64,000 nt of DNA from the NCBI GenBank assembly GCA_951406725.2, contig OX597819.1:91078001-91142000 (forward strand), given 5' to 3'. The notes below the pieces were generated by a model, which saw only the letters and a program-made list of their open reading frames with translations, did not search any database and was not told the DNA's origin. Every line of letters starts with the position of its first letter. Position 1 is the first letter of the stretch. Below are positions 27,361-42,157 of the stretch, piece after piece. The stretch comes from Octopus vulgaris (taxonomy: Eukaryota). Both the position numbers and the translations under genes were made by a program.

Positions 27361-29046
27361 ACGCGTGTCTCTCCCACTACTTGGCATCATTGACAACTGA
27401 TGCTTGTATGTTTATGTCTCTGTAACTTAGCAATTCAGCAAAAGAGACTGATAGAGTAAGTACTAGGCTCACAAAGAATAAGTCCTGGGGTCGATTTGCT
27501 CAACTAAAGGCAGTGCTCCAGCATGGCCACAGTCAATTGACTGAAACAAGCAAAAGAATAAAAGAATCAGTATACTCTTCAAATTGAAGCCAATAACCCA
27601 CTTGAATGCAATTTAAAAATTTCTATTGACAGACATCAGTAGCACAGAGGAAACAGAAATTGCATTTTTACAGAAATGCATTCTTCTGAACACTCTACAA
27701 AAAGCACACCCTTGCCATTAATGTGGTAGTGTCATGCAAGAAATATATACCCTTTTGTAACTATTTATTTTGATATGCTCTGTGTTTCTTTCAATTAATT
27801 TTAAATATAACAAAGAATTTAGTAAAGTAACTTAATTATCATTAAGCTAGTGTTAGGAACATGAATTGTGACTAAAGTTTGGTGGAAGATTTTAATTCAA
27901 AACTTATTGAAGCAAAACATTTGTACTAAAGAGCCAGAGGCAATTTCAGTTGGGTTAGTATCGAAAGGGTTAAAGTGTGACAGATGCTGGGAACACGGTC
28001 CTGTACTTTGTTCCCTTGAAAGAGGAGCCAAACCCATTTTGTCATTGTACAGAGATCAGTAACAAATTATACTGCAATCTGAATTTGTGTGTAATTTTAG
28101 AACTGATATCATCTTTTTACAATTGGAATACTCATGAATACAGCAGCAACTCTAATAGGAATATCTTCCAGTATGATAACTGACTTTTACACAAAGAAGT
28201 ATAAATGCGCAGGCAGACCACACTCTAATATGTGAATAGCCAGGTAGACTACCCATTAAAGTGGCACTGAATATAATAGTCTTCTTCATTGATCCCAGTA
28301 CATGACTGGTACTTTAATCTATCAACACTAGACAGGACAAAAAGGAAAGACGACCCTGTCAGGAATTGAACTCAAATCATAAAGCGATACAAGTAAATAT
28401 CACTTCTCTCAACCAATCTATCACCTTTGTCTTTATTCTAATACTGCTCATGATTTTACTTTGCAAGCATTCATGGATTTTATACAGTCCACTTGGTCGC
28501 ATCAGTCAACAAATCCATTAAATATAGATATAAAGAGTTTATGTGACAGATATCTATTCAGCAAACTGGGACAGAGTTGTTGTTGTCATTTTTCATGGCC
28601 GGATAAGTAATATTAAAAGCTAAGTAGCTTACCAAGAGTGAGTAATCACGTATAAAAAACACACATGCACATACACGTACACACAGGTACACACACATTT
28701 AAAACGTACAAAAGATTTAATGTTACTGTATGTGATAGCTTAAAAGACAGCCTTTTGTGTATGTATTTGGATATCCTTCCCCTCTTCCTTCTACTACTCT
28801 TCCTCCTACCTTCTCTTCCTCATAATTGTTGTCATTGTCATTGATTTAACACCCATGCTTTTCTACGCTTGCTTGGCTCAAAAGGAATTTATTGAGGCAG
28901 ATTTTCTACAGCCAGATACCCTTCATGCCACCAATCCTCAGCTGTTTCTAAGCAAAGTGATATTTCCATATGGCAAGACATGTTAATTTTTGTTTTTGGA
29001 TTTGGTTTGCAAGATTCTTTATATGAGTTCGTGTGTTGATGCATAT

Positions 29047-29230
29047 TCTGTTGTGTCTGGGAAGAGACATTTTCTTTTTGTGCCTTATAATGTAACACAC
29101 TCACCGGTAAAAATTTCAACTTATTTCTTATTTTAGGAAAATAAAAATAAGAAATAAGTGGAAATTTTACCGGTGAATGTGTTACATTATAAGGCACAAA
29201 AAGAAAATTACTCTCCCCAGACACAACAGA
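29047..29230. repeat. Fold-back inverted repeat with ~88-bp arms
   Basis: TCTGTTGTGTCTGGG...TTATTTCTTATTTT is mirrored by AAAATAAGAAATAA...CCCAGACACAACAGA. Confidence 0.9.
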
Positions 29231-29235
29231 CATGT

Positions 29236-30325
29236 TATTTTTCACAGAAGATTAGAATCAAACAACTAGAAAATGGATGCCATCCAAACTGAAGAGGGAT
29301 GGGCTTTGCCAGGTTTGAGATACCAAAGATGTACCATTCACGATAACAGCCCCACAATTCCACCAGGAGTTCAGGATCTAAGGAAGACAGAAGTCTATCA
29401 TGGACCAATAGCCAGATTACTACCTCCCATTTTGAGTATGGGTTTGCAATCCAGGAACAGGAAATATCAACCAAGTACCTGATGTACAAAAGGGATAGAG
29501 ATGCAGGAAAAGCAGTAAAATGTGACAACTGATGCAGACTTTGTGGAGTTCACATTGAAGATATCACCTGCATTATAAGCCATTGTCCAAAAATGTCATC
29601 ACGGTATTATCTACTGATGAGACATGATGTTGTAGTTAGGACACTCTATAATGAAATCCATTGGAAGGATAACCCCGAGGACAAAGAAATAAAAGAACCC
29701 ACAAAATGGTAGAAACCATAGCTACTCATAATGAAAAGGAGTACTGGTAGAATGTCTCAGTAAAGACGTCAATAAAATGTAAGCACAACAGGCCTGATAT
29801 AATGATTTGGGATAGAGAAGAGAAACTGTGCACAGTTGTAGAAATAAGTTGCCCAGCAGATGTTAACATTATGAAGATCAGTGAAAAAGAGGACACCTGT
29901 GTTGAACTATTGAGAAATTTGCAGTTACTCTATCCAGATTACAAGTTCATGTTTATACCTGTAATTATTGGGGCCCTGGGATATGTAACAAGCTGTCTAA
30001 ATACCAATCTTGAGAAATTGGGCTTCTCAAAATCAAAAAGGAGAAAGCTAATTTAAAGATTACAGTTCCAATTCATCACTGGAACTGTAAAAATCTATAA
30101 AACTTTCCAGAAGTTAATAATTTAATTATATATGAGCATGTCTAGATATGCAACTATATGCATGAGAATACATACATAAAGCAAAACATACAAATCTGCA
30201 CATAAACATACATACATACAAACAAAAATACCTTGTTGAAATTCCAGTGACGGAGTCTTGGATCTAGGTTAGAAACCAGCTCTTTCTCTATTGGCAAAAA
30301 ATCTTGAAAGAGAACTGAACAATGA
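29236..30325 (+). mobile_element. RLE-type (R2/R4/NeSL-like) non-LTR retrotransposon 3' remnant ending in (CATA)n
   Basis: CRLC..H...C zinc knuckle, RHDVV, HNRPDIMIWD...VEISCP and IPVIIGALG. Its 3' UTR recurs at 9360-9444(-) and 10651-10930(-), each time within (TATG)n. Confidence 0.85.
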
Positions 30326-32463
30326 CATACATACATACATACTTGCTTGTATGCATACATAAATACATACATACATATGTGCATGCATTCACATGTGCAT
30401 GCATTCACACATACATACATACATACATACATACATACATACATACATACATACACACACACATACATACATACATACATACATACATACATACATGCAT
30501 ACATACATGCATACATACATACATACATACATACATACATACATACATACATACATACATACATACATACATACATACATACATACATACGTGCATGCAT
30601 GCATGCATGGTGATTGTTTCATCTTCACAGTTGACTGCCATCTCCTTGGGCTTCCTCATCAGTAGCATTTCTGACTTTCCATCCATGACCTTTCAGATGA
30701 CTCTTCAGTCCCATTACAGATCTGCATGGTTTGAAGCATAAGTGACAGATGAAAGTTGTAGCTTATTGTGTACTTCCAACTGGTTAGGTCTGCACAAATC
30801 ACCACTTTTCTATCGCTGAAGTACTCTCAGTTGATGGGATCACAAATGAGGTCACCACTAAGAGACATCTGTATGTCATTGGATTATAATGATAAACACT
30901 TGTACAACACAAGTACCAATCTCTCAGTCTCCAAGATAAGTACTAAGCAACAGGCTGAAGTGAGATGATCAGTAATCACGTGAAACTGTAGATTTAACAT
31001 CTGAGTGTCCTTTTCCTAGAAGGATGCTGATGAAGCTAGTGGAGTCCCTCACACCCTGTGGATTTACTGAGCACACTGATACCAACCAAGAGTATTTCTA
31101 CAACCCTGTGCTCAGATGGAAAATCATCATGTATGCTAGTTAAGCCATACCTTGAGATCTGACAGATGAAACTACTCCATGACAAAGTAGACCTGGGAAT
31201 AATAGTGGCTAAAAAGGTGATTCCACCAGAGCCCCACTACTGGAGACAGTTTAAAATCATACATACATGCATGCATGCATACATATATACTTTTAAGTTT
31301 ACCTCTATAAATTTTCTATAGAATTCAGAACCAGTACCACAAGTTATTGTGTTTTGCCCTCAAAATTTAGTCATGTAACACAGTTTGATTGACAAATTTG
31401 CATATTAAATGTATTCCTGGCACCTGGTACATACATTTTGATTGCTGGCATGGTAGCAGTATTTTGTTTTGCAACCATAATATACTGTCAAATAAATTAC
31501 AGGAGTAAAAGTCATTTACCGGGTGTTTTACCGGGTGTTAGCAGTGCAATATTCTCACTTCTAAGTTTATCTCTATAGATTATCCATAGAATTTAGAGCC
31601 AGTACTGCAAGTTATGATGTTTCATAAATGAATACCTTGATGTAAACAATGCAATCAAGGATAGAGGAAATAGGTGATGGGTGTATATGTATATTTCAAG
31701 AATTATTGCTCTTTCATCAGCACTACATCCAACTTATTAACGGTCCATGAACACCTTACTTAAATAGCCAGAAAATTTAACATACATATATATGTGCATT
31801 CATGCATCTGTGTATACATACATACATACATACATACATACATACATACATACATACATACATACATACATACATACATACATACATACATAATTATGGA
31901 CAACTACTTTGAGACCTCCAGCTTCTATATCTGGATTACAGATTTACCTTTATAGCAATAATAATTGGAGCACTTGGTTTTGTACATAAATGCCTAACTG
32001 TCTGGATAAGCCTGTATTTTCAGAAAAAGAAATCAACCAACTGATTTGCACATTACAAATACAATTTTACTTACTTGTTTCAGTCATTTGATGCAGTCAT
32101 GTTGGAGCACCACCTTTAGTCAAGCAAATCGACCCCAGGAGTTATTCTTTGTAAGCCTAGTACTTATTCTATCGGTCTTTTTGCTGAACTGCTAAGTTAC
32201 GGCGACGTAAACATACCAGCATCGGTTGTCAAGTGATGTTGGGGGGACAAACACAGACACACAAACACACACACACACACATATCATATATATATATATA
32301 TGATAGGCTTCTTTCAGTTTCCATCTTCCAAATCCACTTGCAAGGCTTCAGTTGGCTTGAGGCTATAGTAGAAGACACTTGCCCAAGGTGTCACACAGTG
32401 GGACTGAACCCTGAACTATGTGGTTGGGAAACAGGTCTCTTACGACACAACCACACCTGCAAC

Positions 32464-32495
<32 letters not shown>

Positions 32496-32553
32496 TGTAT
32501 GTATGTATGTATGTATGTATGTATGTATGTATGTATGCATGTATATGTGTGTG

Positions 32554-32623
<70 letters not shown>

Positions 32624-33292
32624 CATACATACATACATACATACATACATAACATACGTACACAAATAATTGCATTTGGCGTCTCTACGTCTCTTGTTTT
32701 CCTTTCAATTTACACACATTTTAACATACTATTTTGCTGTAATCATTTACGAAGCTAAAAGACAAAAAAAATTATCACTATGGAGTGGATTTTATAAGAG
32801 AAAGGGCAAAGCCATGTTTTATTGAATAGATTTTGCAATCATTTAGATAGAAAGTTGAAAATGGTAAAAAGTTTCAGCATAGTATTGAAGAGAAATACAA
32901 AGGTCACATTTACGTCAATGGAAGTTTATGGGAAAATGTCACTGTTTTATTTAGTTTCACTTCATAAAGGATTGCTTCAAAATAGTAGGCTAAAGTTTTG
33001 TGTAAATTAAAAAGATAACAGTACTGCCTTAGAGTTAATTGCCAAAATGCAGGCTCTTAACAATTTGAACCTTCAAACCTTCAATGGCTAACAATGGGTG
33101 TCAAGAAATCAGATAAGAAATAGATAAAATAAAATGTCGTCACATTTAGTGAATTTCTTGAAATTCTCTTAAATGATATCTGGATTTACTTGTTTGACAT
33201 GAAGAATTGCTTTGGAAGTTCTATTTTAATTTTCCATTTTTATTAAAATTTACTTTCAATTTAGCATTCTGCCTTATTATAATCTTTCCTTT

Positions 33293-33360
<68 letters not shown>

Positions 33361-33461
33361 AACCAAGAGAGAAGATAGAGATAAGATTAATAAAAATTTA
33401 TGAATACATTGACAAGACCTACAATCATATATGTATGTATATATGTATGTGTGTGTGTGTG

Positions 33462-33507
<46 letters not shown>

Positions 33508-33599
33508 AATACATGTGTATATATATATGTATACGTCAGTCTTGAAAGACCATGGATCTGTGCCTGGAGAATTTTGCATCAGCTACTGATGGCAGTGTA

Positions 33600-34090
33600 G
33601 CATCTGCTGTGACTCTACAGGCCCACACAGGAGTTGCAGTTTTGCATGCAGTGACTGCATTTGAAGAATCTCTCCACTGGCACTAATGAGTTTTCCTTTC
33701 TTTGATCATGCTTTTCCTCCATGCCAAGTTTCAGTTTCTCTTTCTCTCATTCCTTTCCCTTGCATAATACTTATTTCAAGCATGAGCAACCATTTGCAAC
33801 CTCTTCCCATCTCAGGATGTCTAGCTCTATTGTCTTCATATCTGTCTTGCAGATGTCCTTGAAATGAAGACAAGGTCATCCTCATGTTCTTGTACTGGTG
33901 ACCTGTTCCCCCATACAAGAAGTCTTTTGGGATCCTCTAGTCCAGCATACAATATGTGTGACCAAAGTGAGTGCAGATAGTGCAGTTGGAACAGGGTGAA
34001 TATGCTGGATATTTTGGTGCAGCTTAGGACTTCAGGACAGCTTAGATACACAAAATATAAATGAGATCGACATGCTTGGAATGTCATTAA
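33600..34090 (-). pseudogene. Highly degenerate RTE-like C-terminal remnant
   Basis: EVLSCTKISSIFTL..., IPKRLLYG-like and FKDICKTDMK-like pieces across frames. Confidence 0.5.
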
Positions 34091-34356
34091 TCAAAGATAT
34101 GCTTAGCAAAGACTCACTTAAAGTGGCACAGCAATATGCATATAAGCACACCCTCATTGTACTGCTTCTCCTTAGCCATTGCTATTGAGCATGAGACACG
34201 GAGCCACCACTACTGTTTCACATATTTTGTGCCACTGATTTGATGCTGACCTATTTAACATCAGACATTCTAATGTTTCTCATGTTTTGATGTCTCTCAT
34301 TTTCACCCTCTTTCCCACTCTTTCTGTTTCTCCCTCTCTCTGCTCTCTCTGCCTTT

Positions 34357-34407
<51 letters not shown>

Positions 34408-34699
34408 TTGTGTATGTATCTCTCTCCCCCTCTTCCTCCTCTCTCTCTGTGTTTATGTGTAAGCATATTTCTCTACATGTATGAGAGAGAAGTGCTTATG
34501 TCAGTTATGTTCAATTAATAAATTGTAACATCTCTCTCCATATCCCCCTCTCTCTCCCTCTCTTTTGCACTCTTTCTATCTGTATGTGTATATTCTTGTA
34601 CACACATACATACTTGTGTGTGTGTGTTTGTGTGCATACATGTGCACATGCATGTATGCATGTATGTGTGAACATGCACATGTGGGTATGTGCATGTGT

Positions 34700-34776
<77 letters not shown>

Positions 34777-35196
34777 TCCAGCAACAAAAAGTACCTTCAT
34801 CAAAACAGGGGCTGAATTTCCAGTCAGTTATGCAACATCATTCATGTCCAAACAGCTGCACCCAATCAATTACATTCCATTTGCTAACTACAAATTATTA
34901 AAATCCTGCCAAGGTGAACTTTGCCTTTCATTCTTCCAAATCAGTGTTTCTCAACCATCTTTTGCCTATGGACCCCTTTAATTCTTACTTTACTCGAATG
35001 GACCCTCATATCCATTCAATGTCTGACTGTGTGGTAAGTAGCTTGCTTACCAACCACAAGGTTCCAGGTTCAGTCCCATTGCGTGGCACCTTGGGCAAGT
35101 GTCTTCTACTATAGCCTCAGGCCGACCAAAGCCTTGTGAGTGGATTTGGTAGACAGAAACTGAAAGAAGCCCGTCGTATATATATATATGTGTGTG

Positions 35197-35269
<73 letters not shown>

Positions 35270-36809
35270 TTGTGTGTCTGTGTTTGTCCTCCCAACATTG
35301 CTTGACAACTGATGCTGGTGTGTTTACGTCCCCGTAACTTAGTGGTTTGGCAAGAGAGACCGATAGAATAAGTAGTAGGCTTACAAAGAATGACTGAAAC
35401 AAATAAAAGAATAAAAGAATAAAAGAATACTTTTATAATCAAATATTGGTTTCAAATTTTGGTACAAGGAAGAATTCCGGGGATGGGGGTAATTCAATTA
35501 CATTGACATCAACGCTACTCATTTTATTGATCCCAAAAGGATGAAAGGCAAAGCTGAGCTCAGCAGAATTTAAACGAAGAACATAAATACAGATGGAGTG
35601 CTGCTAAGCATTTTACCTGGCATGCTAACAATTCTACCAGCTTGCTGCCTTATTAAGAAATCATCATCATCATCATTTAACGTCCGCTTTCCATGCTAGC
35701 ATGTGTTGGATGATTTGACTGAGGACTGGCGAACCAGATGGCTGAGCCAGGCTCCAATCTGATCTGGCAGAGTTTCTACAGCTGGATGCCCTTCCTAATG
35801 TCAACCACTCTGAGAGTGTAGTGGGTGCTTTTACATGCCACCAGCATGAGGGCCAGTCAGGTGGTACTGGCAACAGCCGTGCTCAACTGGTGTTTTTTTT
35901 TTACGTGCCACCAGCACAGGAGCCTGTCCAGCGACACTGGCAATGACCTTGCTTGAATATTTTTTCATGTGCCACCGGCAAAGTGACAGTAAGGCAACAC
36001 TGGAAATGATCACGCTCGAATGGTGTTTTTTAGGTGCCACTGGCATGGAAATAAAATTGTTAAAATGTTTTGTGTTTTGTAGAAGTATAACGACTTTATT
36101 ACACATAAATGTTTAACAACAAAATCTTGTTTGGACCCCCAAAGGCCATATGGACCCCAGTTAATAACCACTATTCTAAGTTCAATAACATAAAGCAGCA
36201 GTAAATCAACCCCTTCAAGTACAGGGGTTAGTTTAACCCTTTAGCATTCTGATTAATCTGTCAAATATAATGCTAATTCATTCGCATTGTTTTGAAATGA
36301 ATCAAACACTATCTTGTAGCTTTGAGATTTCGATGATACATTTGCTTGCTTTAGAATGACTTTGCAGGGTAGTTGTGAGAGGCCTGATCTCGTCAGTTTC
36401 AATACAAGATAAGTAGAATATTTGGGCCTGATATGGCCAGTTTGAATGCTAAAGGGCTAATTATCTGTACCCAACAAAATAGCCAACTAGCAGAGTTGTT
36501 AAATATCAGATAAAACACCTTGTGGTATTTGTTTTATGTCTTTGTGCTTGAAATGTGTTCAAATTCTTCTGAGGTTAATCTTCACCTTTCATCCTTTTAG
36601 TATAAAGAACCTGTCTAGAGCAGTTGAATTACAGTAACTGTTCTGGCTTATTTTGTTTTGCATTCTGAATTCAGATTCCACCTGAGGATTGAAAAATCCT
36701 GCTGACAGCCAAAGGCTATTCACCCGACAACAGGAAAATAATTGATTATAAATAAAAGCTGCAATGGGTAGAGAAGGCTTGTGGCTGTCTTCGAAATAAA
36801 GCAAATTGA

Positions 36810-36868
<59 letters not shown>

Positions 36869-37279
36869 GGTGGTGGTGGTGGTGGTGGTGATGATATAAC
36901 AACAACAACAATGACAATGACACGACAACAATGGCAACTATCAATGACAACTCTTCCTATCAAAAATGTGTGGCCTTGTCCCTAAGTCAGAAATCAATAT
37001 TAGCAGTTGTTGTCAGTTGCTAAGTGGTCGATAGAACGGCGAAGGGGATTTAAATCTCCTGGCTCATGGGGCAGAGGTTGTTTCACAGGAGGCTTACATG
37101 CCTCTTCTTGTACAATGGGGGCTGGGGTAGTGGATATCTCTTTTAGCAGTGAGAATATAAACAGTTGTTATCTAAAGTTATCTGTAGAATCACAAGGAGT
37201 CTATTGTCCTTGAAAATGTAATTCTGTCCCTAGAAAATAAAGGAAGGATTTATTCAAAAATTTTTCAATGGGGCAGGTT

Positions 37280-37790
37280 AGTGGCAGCAGTTTTGAGCTT
37301 GTTATTGCTGGTTGTGATGGTATTGTAGTAGTAGTAATTGTAGTAGTAGTGGTAGCGGTAATGATAGCAGTAGTGGTGTTAAGATGGTGGTGGTAAGGTG
37401 GTGATAGTGGTGGTGGTAATGATAGCAGTGTTGATTCAGGTAACAGTGATGGCAGTGACAACAGTAGTAATGGTGGTAGTAGTTGTAGCACCAGCAGCTG
37501 TAGCAGTAGCAGTGGTGGTGATGGCGATGGCGGTAGTTCTGGTAATAGCAGCAGCAGTAGTGGTGGTGGTGGTGGTGGTTGTGGTGGTGGATGTGGATGT
37601 GGTTGTGGGTTGTGGTGGTGGTGAATGTGGTGGTAATGGTGGTAGTTCTGATAATATTGATGATGGTGGTAATTGTAACAATAGTAGTAGTAGTGGTGGT
37701 CGTAGTGGATGTGGTTGTGGTGGTGGTAACAGCAGTGTCGGTTATGGTAATATTGATGGTTGTAGTGATAGTGTTATTATTATTATATCG
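37280..37790. repeat. Complex GGT/GTA/GAT low-complexity tract
   Basis: Mixed trinucleotide repeats. Confidence 0.9.
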
Positions 37791-38246
37791 AATGAAATGC
37801 TTGGTGACATTTCTTTTGGTTTTTTTATGTTCTGAGTTCAAATTCCTCCAAGGTTGACTTTGCCATTCATCCTTCCGGGATAAATAAAATTATCACCAGT
37901 TGATCACTGGGGTGGATGTAATCGACTGGTCCCATCTCCCATAATTTGAGGCCTTATGCCTTATAGTAGAAATCATCATTATCACCATCATCATCATCAT
38001 CATCATCATCATTATTATTAAGGTGGCAAGCTGGTAGAATCATTAGCATGCCAGACAAAAATCTTTAGCGGCATTTTGTCCATCTTCATGTTCTGAGTTC
38101 AAATTCTACCGAGGTTGATTTTGTCTTTTATCCTTTTGAGGTTGATGAAATAAGTACCAGTGGCACACTGGGGTTAATGTAATCGAGTATGCCCTTCCAT
38201 CAAAATTTCAGGTTTTGTGCCTTTAGTAGAAAGGATTATTATTATT

Positions 38247-38572
38247 CAGTAGTTTTATTTTTATAGCGTGCTTTCACTTCACTACCGAGCGCAGCTCTGT
38301 GTGCCTTGGGTATGTGCTGTGATTTGTTGTGATGCTCTGATGGTTATTGTATGGAAAGTGTTCTGCGTAGGATGTGTGCAGTGCCTAGTAGTGCAATTTT
38401 CTGTATGTTATATGTTATATGTGTTTGTAAGTCCTGGTGTTTTTGTTATGTATTTGTCTGAATATTTTTTTATCATGCCTAATGCACCTACTATGATAGG
38501 AATTGTTTCTGTTTTCAGGTTCCACATTCTAGTTACCTCTATTTCCAGGTCTTTGTATTTTGAGAGTTTCTC

Positions 38573-38573
<1 letters not shown>
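38247..38573 (-). mobile_element. RLE-type (R4/Dong-like) 3' fragment inserted in (TAA)n
   Basis: EKLSKYKDLEIEVTRMWNLKTETIPIIVGALG...QKIALLGTAHILRR; (ATT)n on both flanks. Confidence 0.82.
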
Positions 38574-38620
<47 letters not shown>

Positions 38621-38958
38621 GGTCAACTTTGCCTTTCATCCTTTTGGAGTCAATATGATAAATACCAGTTAAGTACTGGGGTTGGTATAATCAACTATCC
38701 TCCTCTCCCAAATTTCAGGCCTTGTGCCTATAGTAGAAAGAATTATTATTATTAAGGTGGAAAGTTGGCAGAATTGTCAGTATACAAGGAAAAATGCTTA
38801 GCAGCATTTCATCCGTCTTTATGTTCTGAGTTCAAATTCCACTGAGGTCAGGTTTGCTTTTCATCCTTTCGGGATCAATAAAATAAATACCAGTTGATGT
38901 AACTGATGTACACTCTCCTCCAAAATTTCTGCCCTTGTGGCAAAATTTGACACCATAA

Positions 38959-39047
<89 letters not shown>

Positions 39048-39279
39048 CAACTGGCCCCACTTGCCAAAAATTTCAGGCCTTGTGCTTAGAGTAGAAAAAA
39101 AAAAAATTTCTATCTACTTTGTTGCCTTTTTTTTTTCAAGCATAGTAAGGTGTGATTAAGGGTGAGATTTGGCTCCTAATTTTAACTGATCCAAAGAAGG
39201 ACCACTTTCAAGGCTTATTTTCCTGATAAGGAGATAATGGTTGGATTTGGGAGATTTGGTTAGTTATCAATTGAGTAGC

Positions 39280-39940
39280 TAGTGGTGTCAACAGGAGTAG
39301 TGGTGGTGCTGATGGTGGTGGCTTTGGTGGTACATTTGGTGATGGTTATGGTGATGGTGATGATGGTAATGGTGATGGTTATGGTTGAGGTGGTTTAATA
39401 TTAACAGTGATGGTGGCAGTGGTGGTAGTAGTGGTGGTAATATTACCAGTGATGGTGGCAGTAGTGGCAGTGGTGGTAGTGGTGGTACTGGTAGTGGTGA
39501 TGATGGTTGTGGTGATGGTTATGATGATGGTGGTGGTGGTTAGTGGTGGTGGTGGTTATGATGGTGGTTGTGGTGGTGGTGGTAATATTAGCAGTGATGG
39601 TGGCAGCAATGGCAGTGGTGGTGGTGGTTATGATGGTGGTTGTGGTGCTGGTAGTTGTGATGATGGTTGTGGTGATGGTTACAATGACGGTGGTAGTGGT
39701 GGTGGTGGTACTGGTAGTGATGATGATGGTTGTGATGATGGTTATGATGATGGTGGTGGTGGTTAGTGGTGGTGGTGGTGGTAATATTAGCAGTGATGGT
39801 GACAGCAGTGGCAGTGGTGGTAGTGGTGGTGGTGGTTATGATGGTGGTTGTGGTGCTGGTAGTGGTGATGATGGTTGTGGTGATGGTTACGATGACAGTG
39901 GTGGTGGTAGTTGTTGTTGTGGTGGTGGTGGGGTGGGGGT
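39280..39940. repeat. Complex GGT/GAT tract with higher-order repetition
   Basis: Recurrent GGTAATATTAGCAGTGATGG and GGTTATGATGGTGGTTGTGG units. Confidence 0.9.
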
Positions 39941-40866
39941 AATGCACAATGCTAAAACAACAATGGATGCATTTTTGCCTTTCCAGACAAACAGAAATAT
40001 AAAATTTTAATTATTTAAAGCCTAAAATGTATACTATGCAGGATTTTATTGAATGCAGAGTATGACTGGCTGTTATTTACAAAAGCTTACAAGTAAATTG
40101 TATGTGTGAGTGTGTGTGTTTTGTTGTGGTTCAGTTTTAGTTTGAGTTCTGAATGAGCAAACTTATGATCTAATACATTCCACCCATAGTTGTTCCATCT
40201 TTCTTTCAGGTGGTGCAAAAAACAAAAGCAAAAAAGGTTTATGATTCGTGGAAAATATGGCTGCTATTTCTAGCTGGTCAGACTACCACATAGAATTTCT
40301 TTTGTTGGCTCCTGTATAAGTATGTGTGAGTATACAGTGTGTGTGTGTGCGTGTGTTTATGTGTGGGTGTGTGAGTGTGTGTGAGTGCGTGTGCATGTGT
40401 GTGTGTCTATATGTGTGTGTGTGTATGAGAGAGAGAGAGAGAGCAAAGCAATTGAGAGGCAGGGGTTTCATTGGTGCATTGGTCTGGAGATTCTAAAAGG
40501 GCTGTCATTTTTGCATCCCCAAGTTAACCCTGATCTAGCAGACCTATAATCAAAAATGTTCCAGCCATGGCCTTAATTCAATGTCTCATTCCTGTTTTTT
40601 TCAAAACTCTAGGGTATGGCTCAGAGGTTGTGTGGCCAATGGTTAGGGTGTTGCAATGACAATCACAAGATCATGGTTTTAATTCCTGAACTTAGCAGTG
40701 GGTTGTGTTTGGGGGCAAATCACTTTATTTTATATTGTTCCAGTTCACTCAGCTGCAAGTGAGTCCCAGTAATTGCTGGAAAGTTAAATTTGAGATAGAC
40801 TAGCATCCTATCCCAGTGAAGAGTGTTCTAATCTCAGTAGCTTATAGACCATGGTAACTGGGTTAA

Positions 40867-41085
40867 CCCTTTAGCATTTGAACCATCCATATCCATCTCA
40901 AATATGCTACCTGTTTTATATTCTAACCAGCCAGATCCAGCCCATTACACCTACCCTTCAATGCCATCATAAAATATACAAACACATCATCAAAATTTTA
41001 AAGCTACAAAATAATGAATGGTTAATTAAAGATAATTTGAATGAAAAAGTATCACATTTAGCAGAATAATCTGAATGCTAAAGGG
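40867..41085. mobile_element. piggyBac-like TTAA MITE
   Basis: TTAA|CCCTTTAGCATT...AATGCTAAAGGG|TTAA. Other copies at 36237-36456 (opposite orientation) and ~53400-53620. Confidence 0.82.
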
Positions 41086-42157
41086 TTAAGCTTCTGCTTT
41101 ATGAGGCCTAGGGATCATGACAGAGCTATGGGTTTGAATTAAGGGAGATTTGAGTGTTATTTTTAGCAGAATGAGTGACTAGCCTACTCAGAATTCCTGT
41201 TGTTGGTTACAGAGTTTATTTATGTAAGCAACCGAGGCAACACTGTGAAATTTCTATATGTTCCTGTGGCATTTATGGCTGAGTCTTAAAACCTCCTGTG
41301 GACAAAGTTTATCTAGGAGAAAAGAAAAAAAGAGTGCTGCAAAAGAACCAGGAGGAATTAGAACTTCCAAGCTCTACTGCTTGTCTCAATCATGCTGTGG
41401 AAACATGATTCTTTTATTCTTTTACTTGTTTCAGTCATTTGATTATGGCCATACTGCAGCACTGCCTTGAAGGGTTTTTTTAGTTGAACAAATTGACTCC
41501 AGGACTTATTTTTTTTGTGGGCCTAGTACTTATTCTATCGGTCTCTTTTTGTTGAACCACTAGTTTACAGAGGCATAAACACCAACATCAGTTGTCAAGT
41601 GATAGTGGAGGGACAAACACAGACACAAAAATACACACACATAAATATGTATGTATTAACACACATGTGTGTGTGTCAAACTTTGCACAGATGTCTGTTC
41701 CTTGCTTTATGTACGAATATATGCACATATTTATCTTTGCTATGTATATATACATGTGTGTACCTGCATATATGAGTTCCTATACATATATATGTATGTA
41801 TTCGTCCATACATGTGCGTAGGCATGTGTATCTAGTTGTATGTATATGCCCATATACTTGGATGTACGTGTGTGAGCGCATATGTATATGTGCATCTAAG
41901 CACAAACACACACACACACACACAAATATTTTGTCAAAGTATTATCTTCCTTTCAACTTCTACATCCTTTTCTTTCTCTTAACAGTTACAACAGCAAAGG
42001 CTCATTACGTCATTTTCTCTAAACTAGAATGTATAATTTTCACGTTCATATTTGAATTATTTGCGTTTCAATTTTTGTCTGTTTTTTTCACATTCCCAAA
42101 GTGGATGGACTATAGCGGTACGTAAAACCAAATCAGAAAATCTCTAGTAAGACTTTT

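Noticed and set aside
39407-40010. Gly/Asp/Cys-rich reading resembling a structural protein
   Set aside because: Interrupted by stops, no supported splice context, and similar GGT tracts occur elsewhere.
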